From: an uncultured Pelagibacteraceae bacterium
GTDB taxonomy: Bacteria > Pseudomonadota > Alphaproteobacteria > Pelagibacterales > Pelagibacteraceae
Direction of reading: 5' to 3'
Length of the DNA stretch: 64,000 nt
NCBI GenBank assembly: GCA_902635685.1
Contig: CACPOY010000003.1
Coordinates: forward strand, 16,557-80,556
The notes beneath the pieces were generated by a model. That model had not been told where the DNA came from, made no database searches, and worked only from the letters and a program-made list of their open reading frames with translations. The translations under genes were made by a program, and so were the position numbers. Below are positions 49,351 to 59,651 of this stretch, piece after piece. Each line of letters begins with the position of its first letter. Within the stretch, counting starts at the first letter, position 1.

Positions 49351-51715
49351 ACTTATATTTTTAATCTCAATTTTTTTTTTATACATTTTTGAAGTTAATA
49401 CTTTTGCTGTTGAGGATTTTATATTCGAAAGTAAATCAATTGAAATTGAAAAGAATAATAACATAATTGCTAAAGATGGTGTAAAAGTTACCACATCCGA
49501 TGGTCTAGAAATTTTCGCAGATAAATCTGAGTATAATAAAAATACTAAAATTTTAAGATTAGATGGAAGTGTCAAGATTTTTGATAAAATTCAAAATTTA
49601 GAGATTAATAGTGATAAAATTATTTATGATAAAACTTTAGAAAAAATAACTTCAAAAACCAATACAAAAATTATAATAGATAATTCCCATGTGATATCTG
49701 GTAATGATATTGTTTTTTTTAAATCTAAACTGAAAATACAATCTAATGAGCCATCAACAATTAATGATAAATTTAATAATCTAATCAAATTAAAGGGTTT
49801 CAATTACTCAGCCAAAACAAAAATACTGAGAACAAGTGAAATGGAATTAATTGACAAAGAATCAAATATTTATAAGTCTAATAATGCAATTATAGATTTG
49901 GAAAATGAAAAATTAGCTGCAAAAGATATTCAGATTTATTTTGCTGAGGGTGAATTAGGAGAAAATGCAAGATTAAAGGGAAGTTCATTAGTATCAGAAA
50001 ATAATACCTCTATTATAAAAAATGGAATTTTTACATCTTGTAAAATTAGAGATGATTGCCCTCCCTGGAGCTTAAAATCTGAGGAAATAAAGCATGACAA
50101 AGTCAAAAAATCAATAAATTATAAGAATTCATGGTTACAATTTTATGATGTTCCAATTTTTTATTTTCCAAAATTTTTTCATCCTGATCCAACAGTCAAA
50201 AGGCAGTCTGGTTTTTTGCCGCCTACATTATTAACCTCATCTACAAGTGGAGGTTCAATTAATGTGCCGTATTACAAAGTAATTTCTGAAAATAAAGATA
50301 CTACTTTTACACCGAGAGTTTATTTTAATAATGATTTTTTAATTCAAAATGAATATAGACAAGTTGAAAAAAATACAAATCATATATCTGATTTGAGTTT
50401 TAAAAAACTAGATAAATCCTCTAAATCACATTTTTTTTCTAACACAAAGCATATATTGCAAAATAATTTTGATTTTTCAGAGATTGAATTAAATTTGGAG
50501 AAAACATCTAGTGATACCTATCTCAAAGGAGAAAATATAATTAGTAAGACAAGAAATACAAACAATCAAAGTTTATTAAATTCTTATTTTAAATTTGACG
50601 CAAGTAGTGAGGGTTTAAATATATTCGCTGAGTTAGCTGCTTATGAAGATTTAACGAAGGAAAAAAATTCAGATAAATTTGAGTATATATTGCCAAATTT
50701 TACTATATCTAAGCTATTGAATAGCAATACAAATAGTAAAGGAAGACTTAATTATAAAATTTCTGGATCAAGTCAAAAAAAAAATACAAATGTTAGTGAA
50801 TCTAAACTCATTAATGATTTAAATTATGAATCTGATTTCTTTTTCTCAAAATATGGGACAATTTCAAATTATGAACTTGAATTTAAAAATTCTTTGAAAA
50901 AAGGAGTAAACTCTAGTTCGTATAAAAACAATACTCAATCTGAAAATTTTTCTACAGTGTTGTTTAATTCCTCGATACCATTAAAAAAGAATTATACTAA
51001 TTATATTGGAAATTTAAGTCCAAAGATTAAAGCTAGATATAGTCCTAACAAATCTGAAAATTTGTCCGATTTAGATAGAAAAATTAACATTACAAATGTT
51101 TTTTCAAAAAACAGACTGGGAATAAACGATTCTTTAGAGGGTGGCAAATCATTAACTATTGGTTTTGATTATGATTTAAAAACAAAGGAAAATAATGATT
51201 ATTTGGGCTTTAGTTTGGGGCAAATATTTAAAGACGTTGAGGATAAAAAGCTTCCTTTGTCCTCAAAAATGCAAAATAAATCTTCTGATGTAGTTGGAAA
51301 TTTTAACTTTCAACCTGATAACAAATTCAAAATAAATTATGACTTCTCATTAGATAATAATCTAGATACGATAAACTATAGTAAAATTGAAACTCAATTA
51401 AGTATTAATAATTTTGTCACTTCATTTGACTTTCTTGAAGAGAATGGTGATATAGGATCTGATAGTTACTTACTTACTGATGTAAGATATAACTTTAATG
51501 AAAAAAATTCGGTTTCATATAATACAAGAAGAAATCGAAAAATAGATCTAACAGAGTATTATAATTTAATCTATGAATATAAAAATGATTGCTTAGTAGC
51601 TGGAATTGAATACAATAAAGAATATTATCAAGATAGAGATTTGAAACCATCTGAACAAATCTTTTTTTCCTTAACTTTTACACAATTTACAACGATTTCT
51701 ACCCCAAGTTTTTAG
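49340..51715 (+). CDS. lptD: LPS assembly protein LptD
   Basis: FT.C.....CPPW, VP.FY.P.F.HPDP.VKRQSGFL.P, YEY.NDC. Confidence 0.92.
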   Translation: MKNKLIFLISIFFLYIFEVNTFAVEDFIFESKSIEIEKNNNIIAKDGVKVTTSDGLEIFADKSEYNKNTKILRLDGSVKIFDKIQNLEINSDKIIYDKTLEKITSKTNTKIIIDNSHVISGNDIVFFKSKLKIQSNEPSTINDKFNNLIKLKGFNYSAKTKILRTSEMELIDKESNIYKSNNAIIDLENEKLAAKDIQIYFAEGELGENARLKGSSLVSENNTSIIKNGIFTSCKIRDDCPPWSLKSEEIKHDKVKKSINYKNSWLQFYDVPIFYFPKFFHPDPTVKRQSGFLPPTLLTSSTSGGSINVPYYKVISENKDTTFTPRVYFNNDFLIQNEYRQVEKNTNHISDLSFKKLDKSSKSHFFSNTKHILQNNFDFSEIELNLEKTSSDTYLKGENIISKTRNTNNQSLLNSYFKFDASSEGLNIFAELAAYEDLTKEKNSDKFEYILPNFTISKLLNSNTNSKGRLNYKISGSSQKKNTNVSESKLINDLNYESDFFFSKYGTISNYELEFKNSLKKGVNSSSYKNNTQSENFSTVLFNSSIPLKKNYTNYIGNLSPKIKARYSPNKSENLSDLDRKINITNVFSKNRLGINDSLEGGKSLTIGFDYDLKTKENNDYLGFSLGQIFKDVEDKKLPLSSKMQNKSSDVVGNFNFQPDNKFKINYDFSLDNNLDTINYSKIETQLSINNFVTSFDFLEENGDIGSDSYLLTDVRYNFNEKNSVSYNTRRNRKIDLTEYYNLIYEYKNDCLVAGIEYNKEYYQDRDLKPSEQIFFSLTFTQFTTISTPSF

Positions 51716-51719
51716 TTAA

Positions 51720-52661
51720 ATGATAAAAGTTTTTACATGCACTTTAATAGTTTTTTTGCAGTTTATTATAAATGTTTATTCAAATGAAGTAAAAATTTTA
51801 TACAAAGTTAACGACAGCATAATTACTAATTACGATATTTTTGAAGAGGTAAATTATTTAGTTTCTTTAAATACAAATTTAGAACAATTAAATAAAAAAC
51901 AACTTTCTTCAAACGCAGAAAAATCTTTAATAAGAGAAATTATTAAAAAAGATGAAATTAGTAAATTTTATCAAATCAACTACGAAGAAGAGCTCAAATC
52001 TGAAAAAATTGAAATTATCATTGCAAATTTTAGTGAAAAAATGGGTTTTAAATCAAATCAAGAATTTCAAGATTATTTGAGGATAAAAAATATCAATATA
52101 AATGATCTGAAGAAAAAGTTTGTAATAGAAAGTTTTTGGAACCAACTAATATTTGATAAGTACAGAAATTTTGTAAAAATAGATAGAGATAAAATTGAAA
52201 AAAATTTAGAAAAATTAATAAAAGATAACTCTGAAATTTTAAGTTTTAACTTATCAGAAATAATTTTTTTAGAAAAAAATCGAAAAGAAATAGAAAAAAA
52301 ATCCTTAGAAATAATAACTTCAATTAAAAATATTGGATTTAAAGATACTGCTGTGATCCACAGTATATCTGAAAGTTCAAAATTAGGTGGAGAAATAGGC
52401 TGGATTAACCAAAATCAAATATCAAAAAAAATTTTTCTTGCAATTAAAGATTTGGAAATAGGAGAGTTCTCAAAACCAATAATAGCCTCTAGTGGAATAA
52501 TTTTTCTAAAAGTAAATGATAAAAAAAAGATTAGTGCTCAAATTGACAAAGAAAAAGAAATGAAAAGATTGTTTTCTTTTGAAAGAGATAGGATATTGAA
52601 TGAGTATTCAATTATTTATTACAAAGAAATTGAAAATAAAGCATATGTTGAAAAATTTTAG
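51720..52661 (+). CDS. surA: SurA-like peptidyl-prolyl isomerase/chaperone
   Basis: KVN..IIT.YD, S.S.S...GG.IGW, GEFS.PI; lies between lptD and pdxA. Confidence 0.85.
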   Translation: MIKVFTCTLIVFLQFIINVYSNEVKILYKVNDSIITNYDIFEEVNYLVSLNTNLEQLNKKQLSSNAEKSLIREIIKKDEISKFYQINYEEELKSEKIEIIIANFSEKMGFKSNQEFQDYLRIKNININDLKKKFVIESFWNQLIFDKYRNFVKIDRDKIEKNLEKLIKDNSEILSFNLSEIIFLEKNRKEIEKKSLEIITSIKNIGFKDTAVIHSISESSKLGGEIGWINQNQISKKIFLAIKDLEIGEFSKPIIASSGIIFLKVNDKKKISAQIDKEKEMKRLFSFERDRILNEYSIIYYKEIENKAYVEKF

Positions 52662-53592
52662 ACCTATATTAATAATTGCTGGAGATCCAAAAAGTGTCTT
52701 TTTAGAAATTTATTTTAAGTCTTTAAAAAAAAATAAATTTAAAAATCCCCTTATTTTAATTATTAATGAAAAAGTGCTATCAGAACAAATGAAGGCTCTA
52801 AAATATAACTTTAAAATAAATAGATTAGACATAAATCGTTTAAATTACAAAGACCTAAATAATAGAAAAATAAATATCATTCATGTTCCTTTTGAAAAAA
52901 AATTTATATCTGAATATATTTATCAATCATTTGAAAAAGCTTTGTTCTTAATAGGAAAAAATAACAATATCAATTTGATTAATGGTCCAATCAATAAGAA
53001 AAAAATTTTAAAACAACGTTTCCTAGGTATTACAGAATATTTAGATTTTAAAACTAAAAGTAGTGGCAAAACAGTAATGTTAATTTATAATAAAAATTTA
53101 TCAGTAAGTCCTCTCACCACACATCTGCCCTTAAAAAAAGTTCATAGATATATTAATAAAAAAAAAATAATAAATCATGTGCAACAAATTTCAAAGTTTT
53201 ACAAAAAAAAATTTAATTTTTTACCAAAAATCGGTATAACGGGCTTAAATCCTCATTGTGAAAGTAATTTTCATAAAAGTGAGGAAGAGAAAATTATAAT
53301 ACCAGCAATTAAATACTTATCAAAAAAAAGATTTAAAGTTTCTGGTCCCTATGCTGCAGACACTATTTTTTTGAGAGATAATTTTAAAAAATTTGATGTT
53401 ATAATAGGAATGTACCATGACCAAGTTTTGGCACCTATTAAATCAATATTTGGTTTTAAAGCGATTAATATAACTTTAGGACTTCCTTTTATAAGGATCT
53501 CACCAGACCATGGTCCAAATTCAGAAATGTTTTTAAAAAATAAATCCAACCCTGATAGTCTCATTGAAGCAATTAAATTTTTAGACAAATAA
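52645..53592 (+). CDS. pdxA: 4-hydroxythreonine-4-phosphate dehydrogenase
   Basis: GPINK, TTHLPL, GLNPH, GPY.ADT.F, MYHDQ, N.TLGLPFIR.SPDHG. Confidence 0.93.
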   Translation: MLKNFRPILIIAGDPKSVFLEIYFKSLKKNKFKNPLILIINEKVLSEQMKALKYNFKINRLDINRLNYKDLNNRKINIIHVPFEKKFISEYIYQSFEKALFLIGKNNNINLINGPINKKKILKQRFLGITEYLDFKTKSSGKTVMLIYNKNLSVSPLTTHLPLKKVHRYINKKKIINHVQQISKFYKKKFNFLPKIGITGLNPHCESNFHKSEEEKIIIPAIKYLSKKRFKVSGPYAADTIFLRDNFKKFDVIIGMYHDQVLAPIKSIFGFKAINITLGLPFIRISPDHGPNSEMFLKNKSNPDSLIEAIKFLDK

Positions 53593-54381
53593 GTGCTAAT
53601 AAAACCAAAAAAAAGTTTAGGACAAAATTTTTTAATTGATAAGAATATTATAAAAAAGATTGTATCTATTTCAAAAATTTTAAATAAAGATGTATTGGAA
53701 ATAGGTCCTGGAACAGGAAACTTAACAGAATACATTTTAAAGGAAAAACCTAATAAAATTATTTTAATTGAAAAAGATAAACTTTTATGTGACCAGCTAC
53801 GATTAAAATTTCAAGATAAAGTTGTTATAAAAAATGAAGATATACTTAAAATAAACGAAAATCATATTTCTGAGAATAAATTGATAGTTTTTGGTAATTT
53901 GCCATATAATATTTCTACTAAAATAGTTTGTAATTGGATTCTAAAGTTAGAGAGAGATTTTTGGTTTTCAGAGTTGATATTGATGTTTCAAAAAGAGGTT
54001 GCTGACAGGATAATTTCCAAAATTAATAGCTCAAATTATGGGAGATTATCAATCTTTCTTAATTGGAAAATGAATATAAAGAAAGTTTTTGATGTTAGCC
54101 CAAATTGTTTTTACCCAAAACCAAAAATTCAGAGTACATTGGTTCATTTTACACCAAAAAATAATTATTTTGTGCTCAATGAAAGCAAAAATTTAGAAAA
54201 AATAACAAGAGTCTTTTTTAATCAAAAAAGAAAAAAAATCAAAAATCCTTTAAAACAATTATTTTCAAATTATCACGAGGTATCTAAAAAACTAAAGCTT
54301 GATTTGGATTTAAGACCTCAAAACTTATCTTTAAAAACGTACTGTAATATTGTTAAGGAATATGAAAAATTAATTAATTAA
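53593..54381 (+). CDS. rsmA: 16S rRNA adenine dimethyltransferase
   Basis: [39 protein letters not shown]. Confidence 0.96.
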   Translation: MLIKPKKSLGQNFLIDKNIIKKIVSISKILNKDVLEIGPGTGNLTEYILKEKPNKIILIEKDKLLCDQLRLKFQDKVVIKNEDILKINENHISENKLIVFGNLPYNISTKIVCNWILKLERDFWFSELILMFQKEVADRIISKINSSNYGRLSIFLNWKMNIKKVFDVSPNCFYPKPKIQSTLVHFTPKNNYFVLNESKNLEKITRVFFNQKRKKIKNPLKQLFSNYHEVSKKLKLDLDLRPQNLSLKTYCNIVKEYEKLIN

Positions 54382-55002
54382 TTTTTCAATATGTTTTCTA
54401 ATATATTCCTTGTCATAATCTTTAGGTCCATTATTTATTTCAGCATCAATCAAACCAATAATTTTATTATAACAATTTTCTAAATTGTCGTTGATAATGA
54501 CATAATCATAATTAATCCAATGAAGAACATCTCTATTAAATTCTTTCATTCTATTTTCAGCAATTAGTTTATCCTTCATATCTCTATTAGACAGTCTCTC
54601 AAAAAGTATTTTTTTACTTGGGGGTAATAAGAAAAATGTTATTAATTTGTAGTCTAATTTTTTATTTCTTATTTGATCTGCGCCTTGCCAATCAATATCA
54701 AAAATTACATTTTTTCCTTTTTGAAGGTTACTAATTACTGGAGATCTGCTAGTGCCATAAAGATGATTAAAAACTTTAGCATATTCTAAAAATTCTTCAT
54801 TTTGAATAAGTCTCCTAAACTCAATATCATCGACAAAAAAATAATCTTTATTTTGTGTCTCGCTTTCTCTGGGTTTCCTGGTTGTATGAGAAACCGAAAT
54901 TTTAAAATTTTTTCTTTTAGATAAAAGTTTTACAAGAGTTGTTTTACCTGCGCCTGATGGAGATGATAAAATCACCATAATCCCATCATTTTTTAATGGC
55001 AT
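54370..55002 (-). CDS. gmk: guanylate kinase
   Basis: [29 protein letters not shown]. Confidence 0.96.
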   Translation of the reverse strand: MPLKNDGIMVILSSPSGAGKTTLVKLLSKRKNFKISVSHTTRKPRESETQNKDYFFVDDIEFRRLIQNEEFLEYAKVFNHLYGTSRSPVISNLQKGKNVIFDIDWQGADQIRNKKLDYKLITFFLLPPSKKILFERLSNRDMKDKLIAENRMKEFNRDVLHWINYDYVIINDNLENCYNKIIGLIDAEINNGPKDYDKEYIRKHIEKLIN

Positions 55003-55011
55003 TAAATTTTA

Positions 55012-55251
55012 TTAATTTTTTTTGCCTTCAATAAATTTAACAGCATCACCAACTGTTAATATTTTTTCAGCCTCACTATCAGAAATTTCTGAACCAAATT
55101 CTTCTTCGAAAGCCATTACTAATTCAACTGTATCCAAGCTATCTGCACCTAGATCGTCAATAAAACTAGAATCATCTGTAACTTTTGCTTCATCTATTCC
55201 TAAATGATCAGCAACTATTTTTTTAACCTTACTTGAAATATCGTCAGACAT
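55012..55251 (-). CDS. acpP: acyl carrier protein
   Basis: [21 protein letters not shown]. Confidence 0.98.
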   Translation of the reverse strand: MSDDISSKVKKIVADHLGIDEAKVTDDSSFIDDLGADSLDTVELVMAFEEEFGSEISDSEAEKILTVGDAVKFIEGKKN

Positions 55252-55300
55252 ATTAATCCTTTGTATTTATATTTTGTTCTTAGATGAAATTGTTTTTTTG

Positions 55301-56038
55301 TCAACCTAAATACAGACCACCGTTAACATGAATTGTCTCGCCATTTATATAGTCTGATTTAGATGAGGCTAAAAAAATCACAGCATTTGCAATATCTTCT
55401 GCTTTTCCCAATCTACCAGACGGTATTTTTGATATAATTGATTCTTTAAATTTTTCATCAATTTTTTCAGTCATTGCAGTATCAATAAATCCTGGGGAAA
55501 TGCAATTAACATTAATATTTTTTTTTGAGTATTCAATTGATAAACTCTTTGACATTGCAACGATACCTGCTTTTGAAGCAGTGTAATTAACCTGTCCTAT
55601 ATTTCCAGTGTGGCCAACCACTGAGGTAATATTTATAATTTTTCCAGTTTTATTTTTTAACATCTTTTTAATTGCAAATTTACTCATCAAAAAAGTTGAT
55701 GTAAGATTCAAATCAATAACTTTACTCCAATCCACCAAATTCATTCTAATTGCCAAATTATCTCTAGTAATCCCTGCATTGTTAACCAAACAATTTAAAT
55801 TGTTACCTAATAATTCACTCGCATCATTGATAAAATCTTCAATTTTATCATGTTCAGAAATATCGAAAGGCAATGTTTTTATTTTTTTAAATCTATTTTT
55901 TAGCCGATCCAATTTTTCTATTCTTGTACCAGTGGCTAAAATATTTGCGCCAGACTCGTAAAGATGCTCAACAATTGAACTACCTATCCCGCCAGAGGCA
56001 CCTGTAACTATAATATTTTTATCTTTTAAATTTATCAT
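55301..56038 (-). CDS. fabG: 3-oxoacyl-ACP reductase
   Basis: TGASGGIG, NNAGITRD, YTASKAG, PGFI.T.MT. Confidence 0.96.
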   Translation of the reverse strand: MINLKDKNIIVTGASGGIGSSIVEHLYESGANILATGTRIEKLDRLKNRFKKIKTLPFDISEHDKIEDFINDASELLGNNLNCLVNNAGITRDNLAIRMNLVDWSKVIDLNLTSTFLMSKFAIKKMLKNKTGKIINITSVVGHTGNIGQVNYTASKAGIVAMSKSLSIEYSKKNINVNCISPGFIDTAMTEKIDEKFKESIISKIPSGRLGKAEDIANAVIFLASSKSDYINGETIHVNGGLYLG

Positions 56039-56964
56039 AGAATATTTAAATTTTTTATATCTTCTTCACTATTAATTGATTTAACATTTACTTCTCTATT
56101 AATTCTTTTTATCAGTCCTGACAAAACTTTACCTGGCCCAATTTCAATAAAATTTTTTACTCCGTTGTTAATCATATTAATTACACTTTCTCTCCATCTA
56201 ACCCTGTTTTCAATTTGTCTAATTAATAAACTTTTAATAATAGTAACATCTTCTACTTTATCAGCTGTTACATTAGACATCAAAATATTATAGCCTTTAT
56301 TAAAATCAATTTTGTTTATTTCATCTTTCATAATTTTTGTGGCATTACTCATTAATTCACAATGAAATGGAGCACTTACTGGAAGTTTTATATTCTTTAT
56401 ATTCATAGATTTTAAAATTTCTGTTAAAATATCTAAATCTTTCAATTTTCCACTAACCACTATTTGACCCTCAGAATTGTCATTTGCAATTTGGAAATTA
56501 CAATGTTCTTTGTTACTAGATATTATATCCTCAATTTTTTTAATATTAGTTCCTAAAATTGCAATCATTCCTCCAATACCTTTTGGTACTGCACTTTGCA
56601 TTGCCTCTCCTCTTGTTTTTAAAATTTTCAAAGTTTCAGAGAATTTTATATAACCGGCACAGGATAATGCAGAATATTCTCCTAAGGAATGGCCTGCAAA
56701 AAAATTAGCTTTATTTAAGTCAATATCAAACTCTTGCTTTATAACATTAAAAATTGAGTAACTTATCAAAAAAATTGCCGGTTGTGTGTTAAATGTTAAA
56801 TCTAAATCAGATTTTGGGCCTTCAAGTATTAGTTTAGATAGTGGAAAATTTAATGTTTCATCGGCCTCTTTAAAATAATTTTTTACCAAATCATATTTTT
56901 CATAAAAGGTTTTTCCCATTCCCACTTCTTGTGAGCCCTGTCCTGGAAAAACTACTGAAAACAT
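56035..56964 (-). CDS. fabD: malonyl-CoA-ACP transacylase
   Basis: FPGQGSQ..GMG, TQPA, GHSLGEYSAL, VSAPFH, E.GPGKVL. Confidence 0.97.
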   Translation of the reverse strand: MFSVVFPGQGSQEVGMGKTFYEKYDLVKNYFKEADETLNFPLSKLILEGPKSDLDLTFNTQPAIFLISYSIFNVIKQEFDIDLNKANFFAGHSLGEYSALSCAGYIKFSETLKILKTRGEAMQSAVPKGIGGMIAILGTNIKKIEDIISSNKEHCNFQIANDNSEGQIVVSGKLKDLDILTEILKSMNIKNIKLPVSAPFHCELMSNATKIMKDEINKIDFNKGYNILMSNVTADKVEDVTIIKSLLIRQIENRVRWRESVINMINNGVKNFIEIGPGKVLSGLIKRINREVNVKSINSEEDIKNLNIL

Positions 56965-57049
56965 TTAAAATTCTTTATTTTTAAGTTATTTAGCTATTGT
57001 AATTAAATTATTATAATAGTATATCCACATTTTTTATATAATAACAAAT

Positions 57050-57400
57050 ATGAATTTATACGAACATACAATTATTGCTAGACAAGATACTTCACCAAGT
57101 GAAATCAAACTATTGACAGAAAAATACTCAAAAATAGTTGAGAAAAATAAGGGTGAAATAGTTAAAACTGAGAACTGGGGATTAATAAATTTATCTTATT
57201 TAATTAAAAAAAATAAAAAAGGAAGCTATATACACTTCAAAATTAAAGGTGATGGTAAAATGATAGGTGAATTAGAAAAAAATGAGGCTATCGATAAAAA
57301 ATTATTGAGATACTTAACAATAAGAGTAAAGAAATTTGATTTAGACACAAACTATTTTAATCCAAAAAAAGATGATATTGAGAAAAAAAAAGATAATTAA
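57050..57400 (+). CDS. rpsF: 30S ribosomal protein S6
   Basis: LYEH..I.RQD, E.WG...L.Y.IKK..KG.Y, LLRYL. Confidence 0.95.
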   Translation: MNLYEHTIIARQDTSPSEIKLLTEKYSKIVEKNKGEIVKTENWGLINLSYLIKKNKKGSYIHFKIKGDGKMIGELEKNEAIDKKLLRYLTIRVKKFDLDTNYFNPKKDDIEKKKDN

Positions 57401-57408
57401 GATTAACT

Positions 57409-57687
57409 ATGCCTAAAAGACAAAAGCAAAGTGGTAACAAAAAAGGAAAGCAAAGTAATTTTGCTAAGCTAAGTATTTTTCAACCTAATAAATATAAATT
57501 TAAGAAATCTTGCCCACTCTCAATTAAGGGTGCGCCAGAAATAAATTATAAAAATATAAAATTATTAAAAAAATACATGTCAGAGAATGGCAAGATCTTA
57601 CCTTCTAGAATAACAAACGTATGCCAAAAAAAACAAAGAGAATTATCTCTATCTATTAAAAGGGCAAGAAATCTTGCACTGTTATAA
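57409..57687 (+). CDS. rpsR: 30S ribosomal protein S18
   Basis: I.YK...LL..Y.SE.GKILP.RIT....KQR.L...IKRAR.LALL; basic N-terminal extension. Confidence 0.95.
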   Translation: MPKRQKQSGNKKGKQSNFAKLSIFQPNKYKFKKSCPLSIKGAPEINYKNIKLLKKYMSENGKILPSRITNVCQKKQRELSLSIKRARNLALL

Positions 57688-58145
57688 TGAAAGTGATTTT
57701 ATTGGAAAATATTAAAAGAATCGGCTCTATAGGGCAAGTTATTGACGTTAAAAGAGGATTCGCGAGGAATTACTTAATAGCTAACAAAAAAGCTCTTTAT
57801 GCATCAAAGCAAAATATTTCTGAAGTTGAAAAAATTAAGACCGAGCTTTCAAAAAAAGATAACGAAAAAAAACAACTTGCAAAGTCTCTTTTTGAAAAAA
57901 TTAATAAAAAAAAATATACTGTAAAAAAATTAAGTACAGAAAACAATGAACTATATGGATCAGTAAAACCTACTGAAATCTCAAAGTTGATATTTCAAAA
58001 TGATAAAGTTGATATTAAACCTTCAATGATACAACCGACGAAAGAGATTAAATCATTAGGTAAATTTAAAGTTAAAATTTATTTACACTCAGAAGTTGAC
58101 GCTGAAATTTTGATAAACGTTGAGACTTCAGAGATAATCCAATAA
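57687..58145 (+). CDS. rplI: 50S ribosomal protein L9
   Basis: MKVILLE....G..G....VK.GFARNYL, LYGSV, LH.EV. Confidence 0.96.
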   Translation: MKVILLENIKRIGSIGQVIDVKRGFARNYLIANKKALYASKQNISEVEKIKTELSKKDNEKKQLAKSLFEKINKKKYTVKKLSTENNELYGSVKPTEISKLIFQNDKVDIKPSMIQPTKEIKSLGKFKVKIYLHSEVDAEILINVETSEIIQ

Positions 58146-58212
58146 TTATACAATTTTTTCCCCAAGTTGTATTGTTAATATTTTTTAAATCAAAACTTTG
58201 CTATAAGTAACC

Positions 58213-59631
58213 ATGGAAGGAAACCTCAGTATTGTAAAAAATAATTATAAAGAGCTTCCAAACAATATTGAGGCAGAGCAAGCAGTCATTGGTTCTATAT
58301 TAGTTTCTAACGAGTTATTTGATGAAATTAATACCATTGTAACTAGTGTAAATTTTTATGACCCAATGCATCAAAGAATTTTTAATTCTATTGAAAGTTT
58401 AATCTATAAAGGATTATTGGCAAATCCTATTACTCTTAAAAATTACTTCAAAGATGATAAAGATGATTTTAATGTGGCAGAATATTTAGTTAAAATTACT
58501 AAGTTTTCAACTTCAGTAAGACAAGCAATAGAATATTCAAAAATAATTTACGATATGTTTGTAAGAAGAGAATTAATTAAAATTTCTGAACAAACAATCG
58601 ATAGTGCAAAGTTAGCAGATCTTAATACAAGTGGGCAAACAATTATTGAAGATTCTGAGAAAGAATTATTTAAATTAGCTGAGAAAGATTCTTTTGGTTC
58701 AACATTTATTAAATTTGATAAAGCATTAAAAGATACGATTGATATGGCATCTGCTGCCTATAAAAATGACGAGGGAATTGTTGGGGTTCCCACTGGACTA
58801 AGAGATTTAGATGACCGTCTAGGTGGACTTCATAAATCAGACTTAATTATAATTGCTGGAAGACCAGGAATGGGTAAAACGGCTTTAGCAACTAACATTG
58901 CTTTCAATGCTGCCAAAAAACTACAAGAAAGTGGAAAAAAATCTTCAATTGCTTTTTTTTCTTTAGAAATGTCGTCTGAACAATTATCAACAAGAATATT
59001 AGCTGAACAATCAAGAATTAAATCAAACGATATAAGAAGAGGTAGAATTTCTGAAGAACAGTTTGGTAAGTTTATAGAAACTTCAAAAGATATTTCTGAA
59101 CTTCCATTATATATAGATGAAACACCTGCGATAACTATCGCAGCAATGAGTAATAGAGCAAGAAGAATTAAAAGACTTGAAGGCCTTGATATGATTATTG
59201 TTGATTATATTCAACTTATGAGAGGAACCACAAATTACAAAGATGGTAGAGTGCAAGAGGTATCCGAAATTACCCAGGGTCTTAAAGCCATTGCTAAAGA
59301 ATTATCCATACCTGTTGTAGCTCTTTCACAATTATCGAGACAAGTTGAACAAAGAGATAATAAAAAACCTCAACTTTCTGATTTAAGGGAATCAGGTTCA
59401 ATAGAGCAAGATGCGGACGTAGTAATGTTTGTTTATAGAGAGGCATATTATTTAGAAAATAAAGAGCCTCAGCCGGCAACAGTTGAGCATGCAGAATGGC
59501 AAGCAAAAATGAATGAAGTATCTAATTTGGCAGAATTGATAATAGGTAAACAGAGACATGGTCCAACTGGAAATGTGTTTCTTGAGTTTGAGGCAATGTT
59601 TACTAAATTTAAAGATACTCAAAATACCTAA
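58213..59631 (+). CDS. dnaB: replicative DNA helicase
   Basis: P...EAEQ.V.G, AGRPGMGKT, FSLEM, VDY.QL, LSQLSR, SDLRESGSIEQDAD, KQRHGPTG; no intein. Confidence 0.97.
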   Translation: MEGNLSIVKNNYKELPNNIEAEQAVIGSILVSNELFDEINTIVTSVNFYDPMHQRIFNSIESLIYKGLLANPITLKNYFKDDKDDFNVAEYLVKITKFSTSVRQAIEYSKIIYDMFVRRELIKISEQTIDSAKLADLNTSGQTIIEDSEKELFKLAEKDSFGSTFIKFDKALKDTIDMASAAYKNDEGIVGVPTGLRDLDDRLGGLHKSDLIIIAGRPGMGKTALATNIAFNAAKKLQESGKKSSIAFFSLEMSSEQLSTRILAEQSRIKSNDIRRGRISEEQFGKFIETSKDISELPLYIDETPAITIAAMSNRARRIKRLEGLDMIIVDYIQLMRGTTNYKDGRVQEVSEITQGLKAIAKELSIPVVALSQLSRQVEQRDNKKPQLSDLRESGSIEQDADVVMFVYREAYYLENKEPQPATVEHAEWQAKMNEVSNLAELIIGKQRHGPTGNVFLEFEAMFTKFKDTQNT

Positions 59632-59651
59632 ATTAAAATATAAAAGGCTTA

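Noticed and set aside
58146-58212. Weak hairpin / DnaA-box-like TTTTCCCCA upstream of dnaB
   Set aside because: Poor match to TTATCCACA, single copy, AT-rich stem; not distinguishable from chance.
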